Assembly (NCBI GenBank): GCA_964569955.1 | Contig: CAZMWB010000002.1 | Span: 39,753-103,752 of the forward strand | Length of the DNA stretch: 64,000 nucleotides | Source of the DNA: an uncultured Klebsiella sp. | GTDB taxonomy: Bacteria > Chloroflexota > Chloroflexia > Chloroflexales > Roseiflexaceae | Direction of reading: 5' to 3' | Made by a program: the position numbers and the translations under genes | Shown: positions 19,216 through 28,934 of the stretch, one piece after another | Layout: each line of letters begins with the position of its first letter | Position numbering within the stretch: position 1 is the first letter of the stretch | Notes under the pieces: model-generated | Told to the model about the DNA's origin: nothing | Database searches by the model: none | The model's input: only the letters and a program-made list of their open reading frames with translations

Positions 19216-19216
19216 C

Positions 19217-20260
19217 ATGTTACGAACAGCAATTATTGGTGCGGGTAAGGCACAAGCTACACAGACCAAATTGGGGGGCTACCAAATCGGTTATACGCAT
19301 GCTGGCGCATATCAACGCACCCCCACATGCAGACTCGTTGCAGTGGCAGACATTGTGCAGAGCCATCTCGATGCATTCAATGAGCGATTTGATGCAATCG
19401 GCTACCTCGACTATCGGCAAATGCTCAGCGAAGAACGACCAGATGTGGTCAGTATCTGCACCTACGTGGGACTCCACTACGACATGCTTGTGGCGGCAGC
19501 ACAGGCCGGCGTCAAAGCCGTGCTCTGCGAGAAGCCCTTTGTGGCATCGGTGCCACAGCTCCATGCGATTCGCGAATTAGTGGCCACGAGTGGCATCAAA
19601 ATTGGCATCGCACATGTGCGTCGGTATCGTCCCGTATTCAGTCATGCACAGCGTCTTTTCAATGACGGCACCATCGGTACCCCCATCGCCTGTCTCGCCG
19701 GCATTGATGGATGGGATCTGAGTGAATGGGGCTCACACTGGATAGACATGTTTCGCTATCTGCTCAATGAACAACCAGTCTCATGGGTGATGGGACAAGC
19801 CCGGGTGCGTGAATTGCGTGGCTTCGGACATACAATGGAAGATCACGCCACGCTACACATGGGATTTGCAGATGGTGCACGCGGTATTCTCGATGGCGGA
19901 CAACCACTCGCTGGCGGCAACATCATGACACTCGTCGGCACATCCGGTGTTATTGCCATCCACGACGAAGAACGCATGACGGTCACCAATGCACATGGGG
20001 TAACCACACACGATTTCACCGGTCAGGTGAATTGGGACGGATGCTGGGATTACGCCATTACTGAAATGGCCCAGTGGGTACAAACAGGTCACGAACCACG
20101 TATCGGTTTCTCGCATGTAGTAGATTCCGCAGCAGTCAATCTCGCCGCATATCTCTCTGTGGTCTACCGTGATCGTATTGACATGCCCCTCACAGGCACA
20201 TACCCCGATGTATGGCCACTCGAATTAATGCACACCAACACCGTACCAAGCAGATCCTAA
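19217..20260 (+). CDS. Gfo/Idh/MocA family oxidoreductase (ThuB-like position)
   Basis: Start ATG 19217 (MLRTAIIGAGKAQ) follows a GAAGGAGAG RBS. Rossmann N-terminus and 'EKPF' motif ('VLCEKPFVAS'). The track's 90-aa N-terminal extension overlaps the ThuA gene. Confidence 0.8.
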   Translation: MLRTAIIGAGKAQATQTKLGGYQIGYTHAGAYQRTPTCRLVAVADIVQSHLDAFNERFDAIGYLDYRQMLSEERPDVVSICTYVGLHYDMLVAAAQAGVKAVLCEKPFVASVPQLHAIRELVATSGIKIGIAHVRRYRPVFSHAQRLFNDGTIGTPIACLAGIDGWDLSEWGSHWIDMFRYLLNEQPVSWVMGQARVRELRGFGHTMEDHATLHMGFADGARGILDGGQPLAGGNIMTLVGTSGVIAIHDEERMTVTNAHGVTTHDFTGQVNWDGCWDYAITEMAQWVQTGHEPRIGFSHVVDSAAVNLAAYLSVVYRDRIDMPLTGTYPDVWPLELMHTNTVPSRS

Positions 20261-20272
20261 CGAGGAGGAGTC

Positions 20273-21052
20273 ATGCCCATCGAGCGTATTTGGCAGCACG
20301 ACAGCCTGTATTGGCACACCATGAGTCGTGCCACCCCACGGCAAGGGTACATGCTCTACACCAATCCGGCATTGCCGACACGCTACGATCCGAATCATGC
20401 AGGATATTTCCGGCTTCACAGCGAAACTGACGCAACGGATGCCATTCGTGACATCATCGCGTTCTATGATGCGTTAGGATTCGAAAGTGTGGCCTACGTG
20501 GATCACTGCGCTACGCCTGCCACACTACGGCGGCTCCTCGAGAACCAAGGCTTTGTGCCGCGGATTGAGTGGGGAATCACCGATTTGATGATACTCGACG
20601 AATTGGTGAAACCCGCACCCAACCCACGGATTACGGTGTACCAGGTCACCACAGAGACTGATAAACATGCATGGGCCATGCTCAATGAACCCAATCCACA
20701 CTCTTCACCTGCCGTCATGTATGCACTTGGTCGCGAAGAAATTGCCCACCCAACTGTGTGTGGCTACCTCGCACGCATCGATGGCGTCGTGGCAGGACGC
20801 TGTTTGCGGTATACGGAGGGTGGCGTATCACGCATTGAAGCAGTATACGTAGCAGAGCATTTACGGCGCCACGGCGTAGCACGCCAATTGGTTGCCTACG
20901 CACTCGCAGAGGCGGTCACACAGAGTGACCTGGTATATCTGTTTGCACAACACGACTATCATGCAGCCACGCTGTACCAATCACTGGGGATGCGCATAAT
21001 CGTACATGATGCCACGCTCACTTATGTCCGTCCCTACCACGAAGCACCATGA
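20273..21052 (+). CDS. GNAT family N-acetyltransferase
   Basis: C-terminal 'VAEHLRRHGVARQLV' is a motif A-like segment. GAGGAGG RBS upstream. Confidence 0.6.
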   Translation: MPIERIWQHDSLYWHTMSRATPRQGYMLYTNPALPTRYDPNHAGYFRLHSETDATDAIRDIIAFYDALGFESVAYVDHCATPATLRRLLENQGFVPRIEWGITDLMILDELVKPAPNPRITVYQVTTETDKHAWAMLNEPNPHSSPAVMYALGREEIAHPTVCGYLARIDGVVAGRCLRYTEGGVSRIEAVYVAEHLRRHGVARQLVAYALAEAVTQSDLVYLFAQHDYHAATLYQSLGMRIIVHDATLTYVRPYHEAP

Positions 21053-21063
21053 GGAACTGCGGG

Positions 21064-21093
21064 TGCACATTGGTTGCGCCGAATGGCTATAAT
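21064..21093 (+). promoter_or_regulatory. candidate promoter for the GH32 operon
   Basis: TGCACA (21064-21069), an 18-nt spacer, then a perfect TATAAT (21088-21093). Confidence 0.35.
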
Positions 21094-21143
21094 AGGCGAG
21101 TGATGAACGTCCAAGACGCATCGTCGGCACATGAGAGGATTGT

Positions 21144-22529
21144 ATGACAACACGCATCACACGCCCCAACGACCAACACCGTCCGTGCTATCACTTCACG
21201 GCACCACAACACTGGATAAATGACCCCAACGGGTTAATCCATTGGCGCGGAGAATATCACCTCTTTTATCAGTACAATCCGCATGCAGCATACTGGGGTG
21301 CAATGCACTGGGGGCATGCGGTCAGTCGTGATTTAGTCCACTGGGAACACCTCCCAATCGCGCTTGCCCCCGACCAACCGTACGACCGTGACGGAGTCTT
21401 TTCGGGGTGTGCCATTGTGCACAACGGTCGCCCGGTAATCGTGTACACGGGAGTCAATAATCCGCACCAACTCCCCTGTCTGGCCTATGCAGACGACCAG
21501 ATGCGCACCTTTACCAAAGCGGCCGAAAATCCAGTGATTCGCACATTGCCCGACAATTTAGTGCATGATTTTCGCGACCACACCATGTGGCATGACGGTG
21601 AGTTCTGGTATCAGGCACTCGGTTCTGGCGACGGCACTCGTGCCGTGGCACCACTCTTTCGTTCACGCGATTTAGTGACCTGGGAATACATGGGACGACT
21701 CATTCAATCCGATGACACCGTCAACGAACAGCTCTACGAATGCCCCGATTTTTTTGCGAGCAACAACCAGCATGCGTTTATCACCTCTCCGTTGCCAATG
21801 CGACGCGTCATCGTGATGGGCGGATCGTTTAATGGGCGTACATTTGTTCCCGCTACCCGTGATTATGTGGACCATGGCGAAAGTTTTTATGCGCCACAAA
21901 GCTTTACCGACGAAAGCGGACGCCGGATTATGATTGGGTGGTGTCAAGAACAACGCCACGAGAGTGCCAGTCGTGCCGAAGGATGGCAAGGGGTGATGAC
22001 GTTGCCACGCGTGTTGAAACTCGACGAGCATGGTCGCATGACCTACCGCGTTGCCCCCGAAGTTGCGCTACTCGAAAAAGAAACCATCACACATGGACGA
22101 CAACTCACCCCAGCACACGCCGCCCTCGCACTCGCCCATGTAGCCGGGGATGCACTCGTGATACATGCAAACATACGTGCCACAGGGAATGCGGTTGTGA
22201 CGTTCAGCGTCCGCCATGACCCGATGAGTGGTGAAACAACCACGGTAACGTGGGAACGAGCGCACAATCGAATCACTATGAGCATGGCACACAGCAGTCT
22301 CAATCAGAATACGAGTCGTGAATCCTATGTGGCACAGCTCCACCCCGCTGTGACGGACGAACTCGATATACACATCTACGTAGACCGCTCGATTATTGAA
22401 GTCTATGCAGGGATATACACGGTCTGCACATTACGTGTCTATCCGACCCATCGCGCAGACAAATACCGCCTCGAGACGAGTGGAGAAGTATACGTCGACG
22501 AACTCATTGTTCGAACGATGGGCGTCTGA
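21144..22529 (+). CDS. GH32 beta-fructofuranosidase (sucrose-6-phosphate hydrolase / invertase-like)
   Basis: Catalytic motifs 'HWINDPNGL', 'FRDHTMW' (RDP-type) and 'LYECPDFF' (EC motif). Confidence 0.85.
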   Translation: MTTRITRPNDQHRPCYHFTAPQHWINDPNGLIHWRGEYHLFYQYNPHAAYWGAMHWGHAVSRDLVHWEHLPIALAPDQPYDRDGVFSGCAIVHNGRPVIVYTGVNNPHQLPCLAYADDQMRTFTKAAENPVIRTLPDNLVHDFRDHTMWHDGEFWYQALGSGDGTRAVAPLFRSRDLVTWEYMGRLIQSDDTVNEQLYECPDFFASNNQHAFITSPLPMRRVIVMGGSFNGRTFVPATRDYVDHGESFYAPQSFTDESGRRIMIGWCQEQRHESASRAEGWQGVMTLPRVLKLDEHGRMTYRVAPEVALLEKETITHGRQLTPAHAALALAHVAGDALVIHANIRATGNAVVTFSVRHDPMSGETTTVTWERAHNRITMSMAHSSLNQNTSRESYVAQLHPAVTDELDIHIYVDRSIIEVYAGIYTVCTLRVYPTHRADKYRLETSGEVYVDELIVRTMGV

Positions 22530-22561
22530 ACGACGATTTACAGACAAAGAAGGAGTGAGAT

Positions 22562-23431
22562 ATGACGACACGTACCTATGGGGCACAAAACATGGTGGGA
22601 CAACTACGCAAAGTGATGTTACGTACCCCGGATGCTGCATTTTATCAGGCAGACCCTGCACGTTGGCACTACACGTCGCAACCCCAAAAAGACGCAGCAC
22701 TTGCCGAGCATGCGGCCCTGTGTGATACCTTGCGTCGCGCTGGTGTGGATGTACTCATGCACGAAACATCGCTCCCCGATCATGCAGATGCAATTTTCTG
22801 TTTTGACCCAGCAATCGTAACCAATCATGGTGCCATCCTGTTGCACATGGGCAAACCACTGCGCGTTGGCGAAGAAGCCGCCCTTGGGAAGAGCATGCAA
22901 CGCCACGGCATCCCCATTCTGGGGCAACTCAGTGGTGATGCACGTGCCGAGGGTGGTGATACGATGTGGGTTGATGATCAGACACTCATGATTGGAGTAG
23001 GATTTCGCACCAACTACGAAGCCGTTCGCCAGATTCATGCCATGCTCGCACCACACGGGATCACCGTCATCGCATATGATTTGCCATATTACACGGGTCC
23101 AGAAGCCTGTTTGCATCTGCTTTCATTTATCTCGATGGTTGACCACGATATGGCTGTGGTACATCTACCACTCATGCCAACCGCCATGTACCAAGAACTC
23201 AAACGACGCAACATGAAGCTCATCGAGATTCCTGCCAGTGAATACGACAGCATGGCAACCAACGTGCTAGCGATCGCCCCTAAAGTCTGCTTGATGCTCG
23301 ACTGTAATCCAATTACCGCTCGCCTGCTCAGTGAAGCCGGGTGTGAAGTGCAAACGTACCGTGGCAATGAAATCTCGCTCAAGGCAGAGGGTGGTCCAAC
23401 CTGTTTGACACGACCACTCTTGCGCGATTAG
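22562..23431 (+). CDS. amidinotransferase-superfamily hydrolase (dimethylarginine dimethylaminohydrolase / arginine-deiminase-like)
   Basis: C-terminal catalytic Cys context 'EGGPTCLTRPL', and 'MHETSLPDHADAIFCFDP'. GAAGGAG RBS upstream. Confidence 0.65.
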   Translation: MTTRTYGAQNMVGQLRKVMLRTPDAAFYQADPARWHYTSQPQKDAALAEHAALCDTLRRAGVDVLMHETSLPDHADAIFCFDPAIVTNHGAILLHMGKPLRVGEEAALGKSMQRHGIPILGQLSGDARAEGGDTMWVDDQTLMIGVGFRTNYEAVRQIHAMLAPHGITVIAYDLPYYTGPEACLHLLSFISMVDHDMAVVHLPLMPTAMYQELKRRNMKLIEIPASEYDSMATNVLAIAPKVCLMLDCNPITARLLSEAGCEVQTYRGNEISLKAEGGPTCLTRPLLRD

Positions 23432-23440
23432 GACACCACA

Positions 23441-24718
23441 ATGACTCAAACGCTCACCGCCAGTGAAGCACGTGTTCTGGCCCACCTTGATAGCACCGCA
23501 ATGCTCGCATTTCTGCGTGAATTAGTACAGTTTCAAAGTTTTGGCAATCACGAAAGTGACGCACAACGCCATATTGCGCATGCCATGAGTGACAGTGGCC
23601 TCGAAGTAGACGTGTGGGACATTGATTTTGCCACACTCCAGCACCATCCCGGTTTTTCGTGGGAAATCGTGCGCGATCATGGATTAGGTGTGGTTGGCAC
23701 TCTGGGGCACGACAACGGCGGTCGCTCGTTGATTTTCAATGGTCACATAGACGTCGTCCCCGAGGGAGACCACGCCAACTGGCACCACCATCCCTGGCAT
23801 GCACAGATAGTTGACGGGCGCATGTATGGTCGCGGTGCACTGGATATGAAGGGTGGACTTGTGGCCGCTTTGTGGGCTGCACGCGCCATTCAGCGTGCTG
23901 GCATCCAGCTCAATGGCCGATTACACGTGCAGAGTGTGATTGGCGAAGAGGATGGTGGATGTGGCACATTGGCATCTATTGTGCGTGGCTACAGGGCAGA
24001 TGCAGTTATCATCCCAGAACCAACCCGCATGGCCATCGCACCGGCACAAGCCGGTGCACACAACGTGCGTATCACCGTCCCCGGGTTGTCGGCACATGGG
24101 TGCTACCGCGAAGAAGGGGTAAGTGCCGTAGAAAAATACATGCTCGTTCACCAAGCACTTATAGCACTCGAAGCGGAACGCAACGCACGAATGCGCCACC
24201 CACTCTTTGCGAATTATCGCCTGCCCTATCCACTGAGTATTGGTACCGTGCACGCCGGCAACTGGCCATCAAGTGTCCCCGAATTACTGGTGGCTGAGGG
24301 ACGTTACGGCATCGGCATCGGCGAGGATTCACAATTGGCACGACGTGCACTCGAAGACGCAGTTGCTCGTGTTGCTGCTACCGATCCGTGGTTACGGGAT
24401 CACCCACCACTCGTCGAATGGTGGGGGGGCACCTTTGAACCGGCCGAAACAGATTTGAATCATGCGATTGTAAGTACACTGGCCGGAGCACACGCCGATT
24501 TGGGTGGCACAGTCACCTATGAGGGGATGCCCTATGGCGCCGATATGCGCCTCTTTGTGATACACGGCGGGATGCCAACGGTGATGTATGGACCTGGTGA
24601 TGTACGCTTGGCGCACAAACCCGATGAGTACGTGCCAGTTAGCGATTTAGTGCAGGTGGCCCAAGCACTGGCACTGACTGCGCTACGATTTATCGGCTAC
24701 CATGACCCACACGCATAA
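23441..24718 (+). CDS. M20 family metallopeptidase (ArgE/DapE-like), second copy in the window
   Basis: 'NGHIDVVP', 'GALDMKGG' and 'VIGEEDGG'. Confidence 0.8.
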   Translation: MTQTLTASEARVLAHLDSTAMLAFLRELVQFQSFGNHESDAQRHIAHAMSDSGLEVDVWDIDFATLQHHPGFSWEIVRDHGLGVVGTLGHDNGGRSLIFNGHIDVVPEGDHANWHHHPWHAQIVDGRMYGRGALDMKGGLVAALWAARAIQRAGIQLNGRLHVQSVIGEEDGGCGTLASIVRGYRADAVIIPEPTRMAIAPAQAGAHNVRITVPGLSAHGCYREEGVSAVEKYMLVHQALIALEAERNARMRHPLFANYRLPYPLSIGTVHAGNWPSSVPELLVAEGRYGIGIGEDSQLARRALEDAVARVAATDPWLRDHPPLVEWWGGTFEPAETDLNHAIVSTLAGAHADLGGTVTYEGMPYGADMRLFVIHGGMPTVMYGPGDVRLAHKPDEYVPVSDLVQVAQALALTALRFIGYHDPHA

Positions 24719-24749
24719 TTCCTTTGCGCACGAACCAGCACTAACCCGC

Positions 24750-26012
24750 CTAGGGTGAGCCAGGAATCGGCTTCCATTTGCCTTGTTCTTTTTTGGTGCG
24801 CTCGTGAAAACCTTGTAACGCGATAAAGACGGGACGTGGACTCCAATCGGGATTAAGAATCCCGTAGGCAGCCTGCTCATGATTGGGGTTACCTTCTATC
24901 CCCCATAGGACGGCAAAGTTCAGATTCCACAAGAACATCACACCAATCCATGAACGTCCCGTTTCATCGCGATATTTCTCGTAGACCATCTGCTGCGCAT
25001 CAATGGTAAACTGTGCCTGTTCTTCGAGAGACACTTCGTTGCCATACTCGTATCCAGGTGTGTTATTGGCGGTTGCCCAACCAAATTCAGTGAGCCAGAT
25101 TTGTTTATCGGCGAGACCTGCTTCCACCATGATAGTGCGCACATTTTCAACATGACGGAAGTAGTGCGATGGATGATCGTTCCATCCAATCGGGTTGCCT
25201 GGTTTGTCTGGCCACAGAGTATCTGGTGGATTGGCTGCGGCACCAGGATGCATCCCCTGTGCATCAAAAAAGTTTTTCACGGCTCCACCACGATAGGCAT
25301 ATAACGTACGCAAGAATTTTTCATCGTCCATGGCAAGATTGACATCGTTGACACCCGTTGACGAAGGTGCTGCAGCCACCACATAGGTATAGGGGCGCTT
25401 TTCTTTGATGCGCCGATACGCTTCCATCAACATTTCAGCGTAGTGCCCCACTGCTTCGTCGTCAATGCGCCCACCATTCTCGACTGCAAGATTGGGTTCG
25501 TTCCACACTTCGACGGCAGTAATCAGGCCGCCGTAGCGTTCAATCATGTTGGCGACAAAGTTGCCGAACGGTTTGGGGTCTGCTGGAATACCGTGATTTT
25601 CTTCGTAGAATTTTGGTGCCTGCACCACACTAATCATTAGTTTTATGTTAAATCCAGACGTGTCTTCGATGATGCGATCAACCTCATCCCAGTAATAGAC
25701 ACCAGGGGAAGCTTCAATGTCTTTCCAGTGAATTTGTTGGCGCACCCAGTCGAATCCACCGATTTGCGTGAGTGTCAGCGCACGCACACGGTCAGTGTAA
25801 AAGAGGTGCGTTACCACGCCAAATTCCACTTCATCAATGCGCGGATACGCACCGAGTGATGCCAGCTCCGAATCAATCTGATCAGACGTATTAATACTAA
25901 TCATGCCACTCGCATCGGGTGTCGGCAACACCGGTGTTGGTTCGGGTGGTGGCGGAGCCCCACACGATACGAGTAGTATGAGCATAATGAAAACGTTGTA
26001 TTGCTTATTCAT
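24750..26012 (-). CDS. clan GH-A glycoside hydrolase lipoprotein (GH5/GH39-like)
   Basis: Acid/base 'VEVWNEPN' and nucleophile 'IWLTEFGWA'. Start ATG 26012 gives MNKQYNVFIMLILLVSC, with a lipobox LVSC followed by a Pro-rich linker. 8-nt overlap with the upstream ATPase gene. Confidence 0.7.
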   Translation of the reverse strand: MNKQYNVFIMLILLVSCGAPPPPEPTPVLPTPDASGMISINTSDQIDSELASLGAYPRIDEVEFGVVTHLFYTDRVRALTLTQIGGFDWVRQQIHWKDIEASPGVYYWDEVDRIIEDTSGFNIKLMISVVQAPKFYEENHGIPADPKPFGNFVANMIERYGGLITAVEVWNEPNLAVENGGRIDDEAVGHYAEMLMEAYRRIKEKRPYTYVVAAAPSSTGVNDVNLAMDDEKFLRTLYAYRGGAVKNFFDAQGMHPGAAANPPDTLWPDKPGNPIGWNDHPSHYFRHVENVRTIMVEAGLADKQIWLTEFGWATANNTPGYEYGNEVSLEEQAQFTIDAQQMVYEKYRDETGRSWIGVMFLWNLNFAVLWGIEGNPNHEQAAYGILNPDWSPRPVFIALQGFHERTKKEQGKWKPIPGSP

Positions 26013-27222
26013 CAATATAATCAACCACGATATCACGTGTAGTAAGCCAGGCAGGGTCAGGAGCACTGTGCGGCGTATGCACACGCACAAACAGTGTTGA
26101 GTTCGCTGCTTCACGTTCGTGTGTTTCTGCCGAAAAAAGAGCAACGCCCATACGGTACAACCCCGATTTGAGCGCTTGGGGTGGCACGGTTATTTGTACC
26201 GTGTGTAGACCACGCCCAAACCGATGCGCCGCCTGATTGGTGAAGTCGTTCTCCACAATGGGGAGATTTTCTGCGGCTCCAATGATGCGAAAACGGAGTC
26301 GTGCCAAAAACGTTTCCACATAAACTTCAATCTGTGCTGTCACCACCAGCGGCTGTGTAGAATCCCAGTCTGCTGAAGGATCCGCACATGTCACCGCACA
26401 GACACGTACCGCTTCGGAAAAGAGCACATACGGATTTGATTCTCGATGCAATTCACCTTGTGGCAATTGGTTGGCACGATCAAATGCTTCACGCGTCATA
26501 TGTGATGCATACGCTTCGGCAACGGCAGCGATTGGGCCATCGTGGTGCACCTTGCCATTGTGGAGCCAGACACCACGTGTCGCAATCCGCATAATGGCAG
26601 TCGCACTATGTGCCACCACCACAATCGTCGTACCCTGGCGACCCAGAGCTTCAATACGACTCAAGCATTTTTGTTGAAAGGTCGCATCGCCCACAGACAA
26701 CCCCTCATCGGCGATGAGAATATCGGGGTGCATCGCAAAGGCACTCGCAAACGCCAGCCGTTGGTACATCCCCGACGAATACATTTTGACCGGCTGATGC
26801 ATGTAGTCACCAATGTCAGCAAATGCTTCGATTTCGGGGATAAGTGCACTGACTTCCACGCGACGCAACCCCATGATTGCCCCATAAAAATAGACGTTCT
26901 CAATGCCGGTCATTTCTGGATGAAAGCCGATACCGAGCTCTAACAGCGACGAGACACGCCCATTGACGGTAATAGTACCTGTATCAGGTACAAGTATGTT
27001 GCTAATCAATTTGAGTAGCGTACTTTTGCCTGCCCCATTGTGACCGATCAGGGCGATACGTTCACCTGCATGAATCTGCAGTGACACATCATCGATCACC
27101 AAACGGCGCAACGCTTCATCGCGGACATCCGTCGCTCGAAACCAGCGTGCCCACGGCCATACGGTACGACCACGTGTGTATGATTTGGAGACATGTGAAA
27201 GTGCGATAGCGATTTGCGACAT
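26005..27222 (-). CDS. polysaccharide/teichoic-acid-type ABC exporter ATPase (Wzt/TagH-like) with a C-terminal extra domain
   Basis: Walker A 'GHNGAGKST', signature 'YSSGMYQRLAFA', and Walker B 'ILIADE'. About 150 additional C-terminal residues follow, as in Wzt glycan-binding domains. Confidence 0.8.
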   Translation of the reverse strand: MSQIAIALSHVSKSYTRGRTVWPWARWFRATDVRDEALRRLVIDDVSLQIHAGERIALIGHNGAGKSTLLKLISNILVPDTGTITVNGRVSSLLELGIGFHPEMTGIENVYFYGAIMGLRRVEVSALIPEIEAFADIGDYMHQPVKMYSSGMYQRLAFASAFAMHPDILIADEGLSVGDATFQQKCLSRIEALGRQGTTIVVVAHSATAIMRIATRGVWLHNGKVHHDGPIAAVAEAYASHMTREAFDRANQLPQGELHRESNPYVLFSEAVRVCAVTCADPSADWDSTQPLVVTAQIEVYVETFLARLRFRIIGAAENLPIVENDFTNQAAHRFGRGLHTVQITVPPQALKSGLYRMGVALFSAETHEREAANSTLFVRVHTPHSAPDPAWLTTRDIVVDYIDE

Positions 27223-28934
27223 TAGAGTGTCTCACTAATATAGTCGTGTGTGCGCCGAAAGAGCCAGTACCCCACTCCCAAGACCACAAGTGCGGTAATC
27301 AGTGAACGCACCATGGATTCACTTGCAGGGATACCTGGGGTCGGTAACATACCCATCGGAATCGGTTGTCCGTACAAAATCTCACGGTAGTATTCGATGA
27401 TTGATGCCATGGGATTCGTCCAACGGATGATGCGTGCCAACGTTGTACTGATGCCGTTGAGCGAATAGACGATGGGAGTCAAAAAGAACCAAATCTGCAA
27501 AAAGATACCAACCACATGAATGATGTCAAGTGAATAGACAGCCAAGGCGGCCAGCAACAGGGCACACCCCATCACAAAAATGGTATGCACCAACAAGATG
27601 ATCGGGAAATAGAGAAAGGTGGCAGGAATGTGCACACTTTCATATGCATAGTACCGTACACCCACTTGAAAGAGCAAGAGCACAGGCACAGACAACAAGA
27701 AGTTGACCATACTCGTCAGCACACTTGCTATTGGCAGAATTTCACGGGGAAAATAGGCATGACGCACCAGTGGCGCATTATCCACGATGCTACGTACCGA
27801 TGTTGCTATGGCATCAGACGTGTACCCCCACGGAATCAAGGCAACAGCGATGAACAGTGGGTAGAGTGGCAACGTGTTCCCTGGAAAAAAGTATCCGAAG
27901 ACCACCCAGTAGACCATGAGTTGCATGAGGGGAGCGATTTGCGTCCACGCAAAACCTAGCACACTCCCACGGTAACGCAGTAACAGGTTGCGCCTGACCA
28001 AGTGCTCGATGAGGATTCGGTAGCGCCATATATCTTGGAGACGGCTTACAATCCCAACACTTTGATCAAAGCGGATGATGACGACGGTCAGCACCAGTAC
28101 TCCTACCAATGTGAGCGCAACACTTATACCCAGATTTCGTGACAATGGTTGGGTGGGCATGAGTGCATCGCCCACTCGGTAGACCAACCCCACACGCTGT
28201 GTGTCAAATGCCAGATTTACATCTCGTGCAATCATCACCCCTTCAAAAAGGCGCATACTTTGCACCATGGCAAAGTATTGCTCACGCTTATCTTCACTTG
28301 CAGTGGGAATGATGAGTTGTTCAAGCTGATGTCGTTGCAATTCCACCGCACGCAACATGTCACTTTGATCGGCGTACGACAAATTCCGTACACTACTAAA
28401 TTGCGCAACTGGTTCGATGGGACGATTAAACGTAAATGCCGAGAGGCGCACAAAATCACGCAGCAGTTTGGCCTCATTATCGCTGGCCACACGCCCCTGT
28501 AGCGCCAAACTCGTCTCCCAACCGAGCAGGTTACGCAGAATTTCACGGCCACCAGCGGCTTGGATACTCATTATCAAGACGTCCGCATATTCGTTGGCCA
28601 ACGTGACGGCTTCGATGGGTGTGTTCGTCGTCATGGAGACCACAAGTTGGCCTCGAGTATACTCCACTGCATCCGCCATCTGGGTCTGACCAAAACTCGG
28701 GTAGCGGTGTATCATTAGTGCTCGCGCTTGGTAGCGGACACTGTCGAAATCATGATCGAGCTGCCCTTGCGCAGTAAACAGTTCATGGTAACGGAGGGCA
28801 TCTACCTGAATGCCCACCTGTGCTTGATACAGGATGGGCTGCGCAAGCTGGCGGGGCATCACCATACCGAATGCCACCACCATGATGAAGATGAACAACA
28901 CCACGTAGGTGCGATTACGGTAACGAAGCGTCAT
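27222..28934 (-). CDS. fusion of a Wzz/PCP-like N-terminal module and an ABC-2 (Wzm/TagG-like) permease
   Basis: First TM (VVLFIFIMVVAFGMV), then about 250 non-hydrophobic residues starting 'YQAQVGIQVD', then a second TM (ISVALTLVGVLVLTVVII). After that comes the ABC-2 entry motif 'LVRRNLLLRYRGSVLGFAWTQIAPL' and about 6 helices. Confidence 0.65.
   Translation of the reverse strand: MTLRYRNRTYVVLFIFIMVVAFGMVMPRQLAQPILYQAQVGIQVDALRYHELFTAQGQLDHDFDSVRYQARALMIHRYPSFGQTQMADAVEYTRGQLVVSMTTNTPIEAVTLANEYADVLIMSIQAAGGREILRNLLGWETSLALQGRVASDNEAKLLRDFVRLSAFTFNRPIEPVAQFSSVRNLSYADQSDMLRAVELQRHQLEQLIIPTASEDKREQYFAMVQSMRLFEGVMIARDVNLAFDTQRVGLVYRVGDALMPTQPLSRNLGISVALTLVGVLVLTVVIIRFDQSVGIVSRLQDIWRYRILIEHLVRRNLLLRYRGSVLGFAWTQIAPLMQLMVYWVVFGYFFPGNTLPLYPLFIAVALIPWGYTSDAIATSVRSIVDNAPLVRHAYFPREILPIASVLTSMVNFLLSVPVLLLFQVGVRYYAYESVHIPATFLYFPIILLVHTIFVMGCALLLAALAVYSLDIIHVVGIFLQIWFFLTPIVYSLNGISTTLARIIRWTNPMASIIEYYREILYGQPIPMGMLPTPGIPASESMVRSLITALVVLGVGYWLFRRTHDYISETL

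Noticed and set aside
18947-19216. N-terminal 90 aa of the 437-aa track ORF (18947-20260)
   Set aside because: It overlaps the ThuA-like gene in another frame. The oxidoreductase's Rossmann N-terminus begins at ATG 19217, directly after a GAAGGAGAG RBS.
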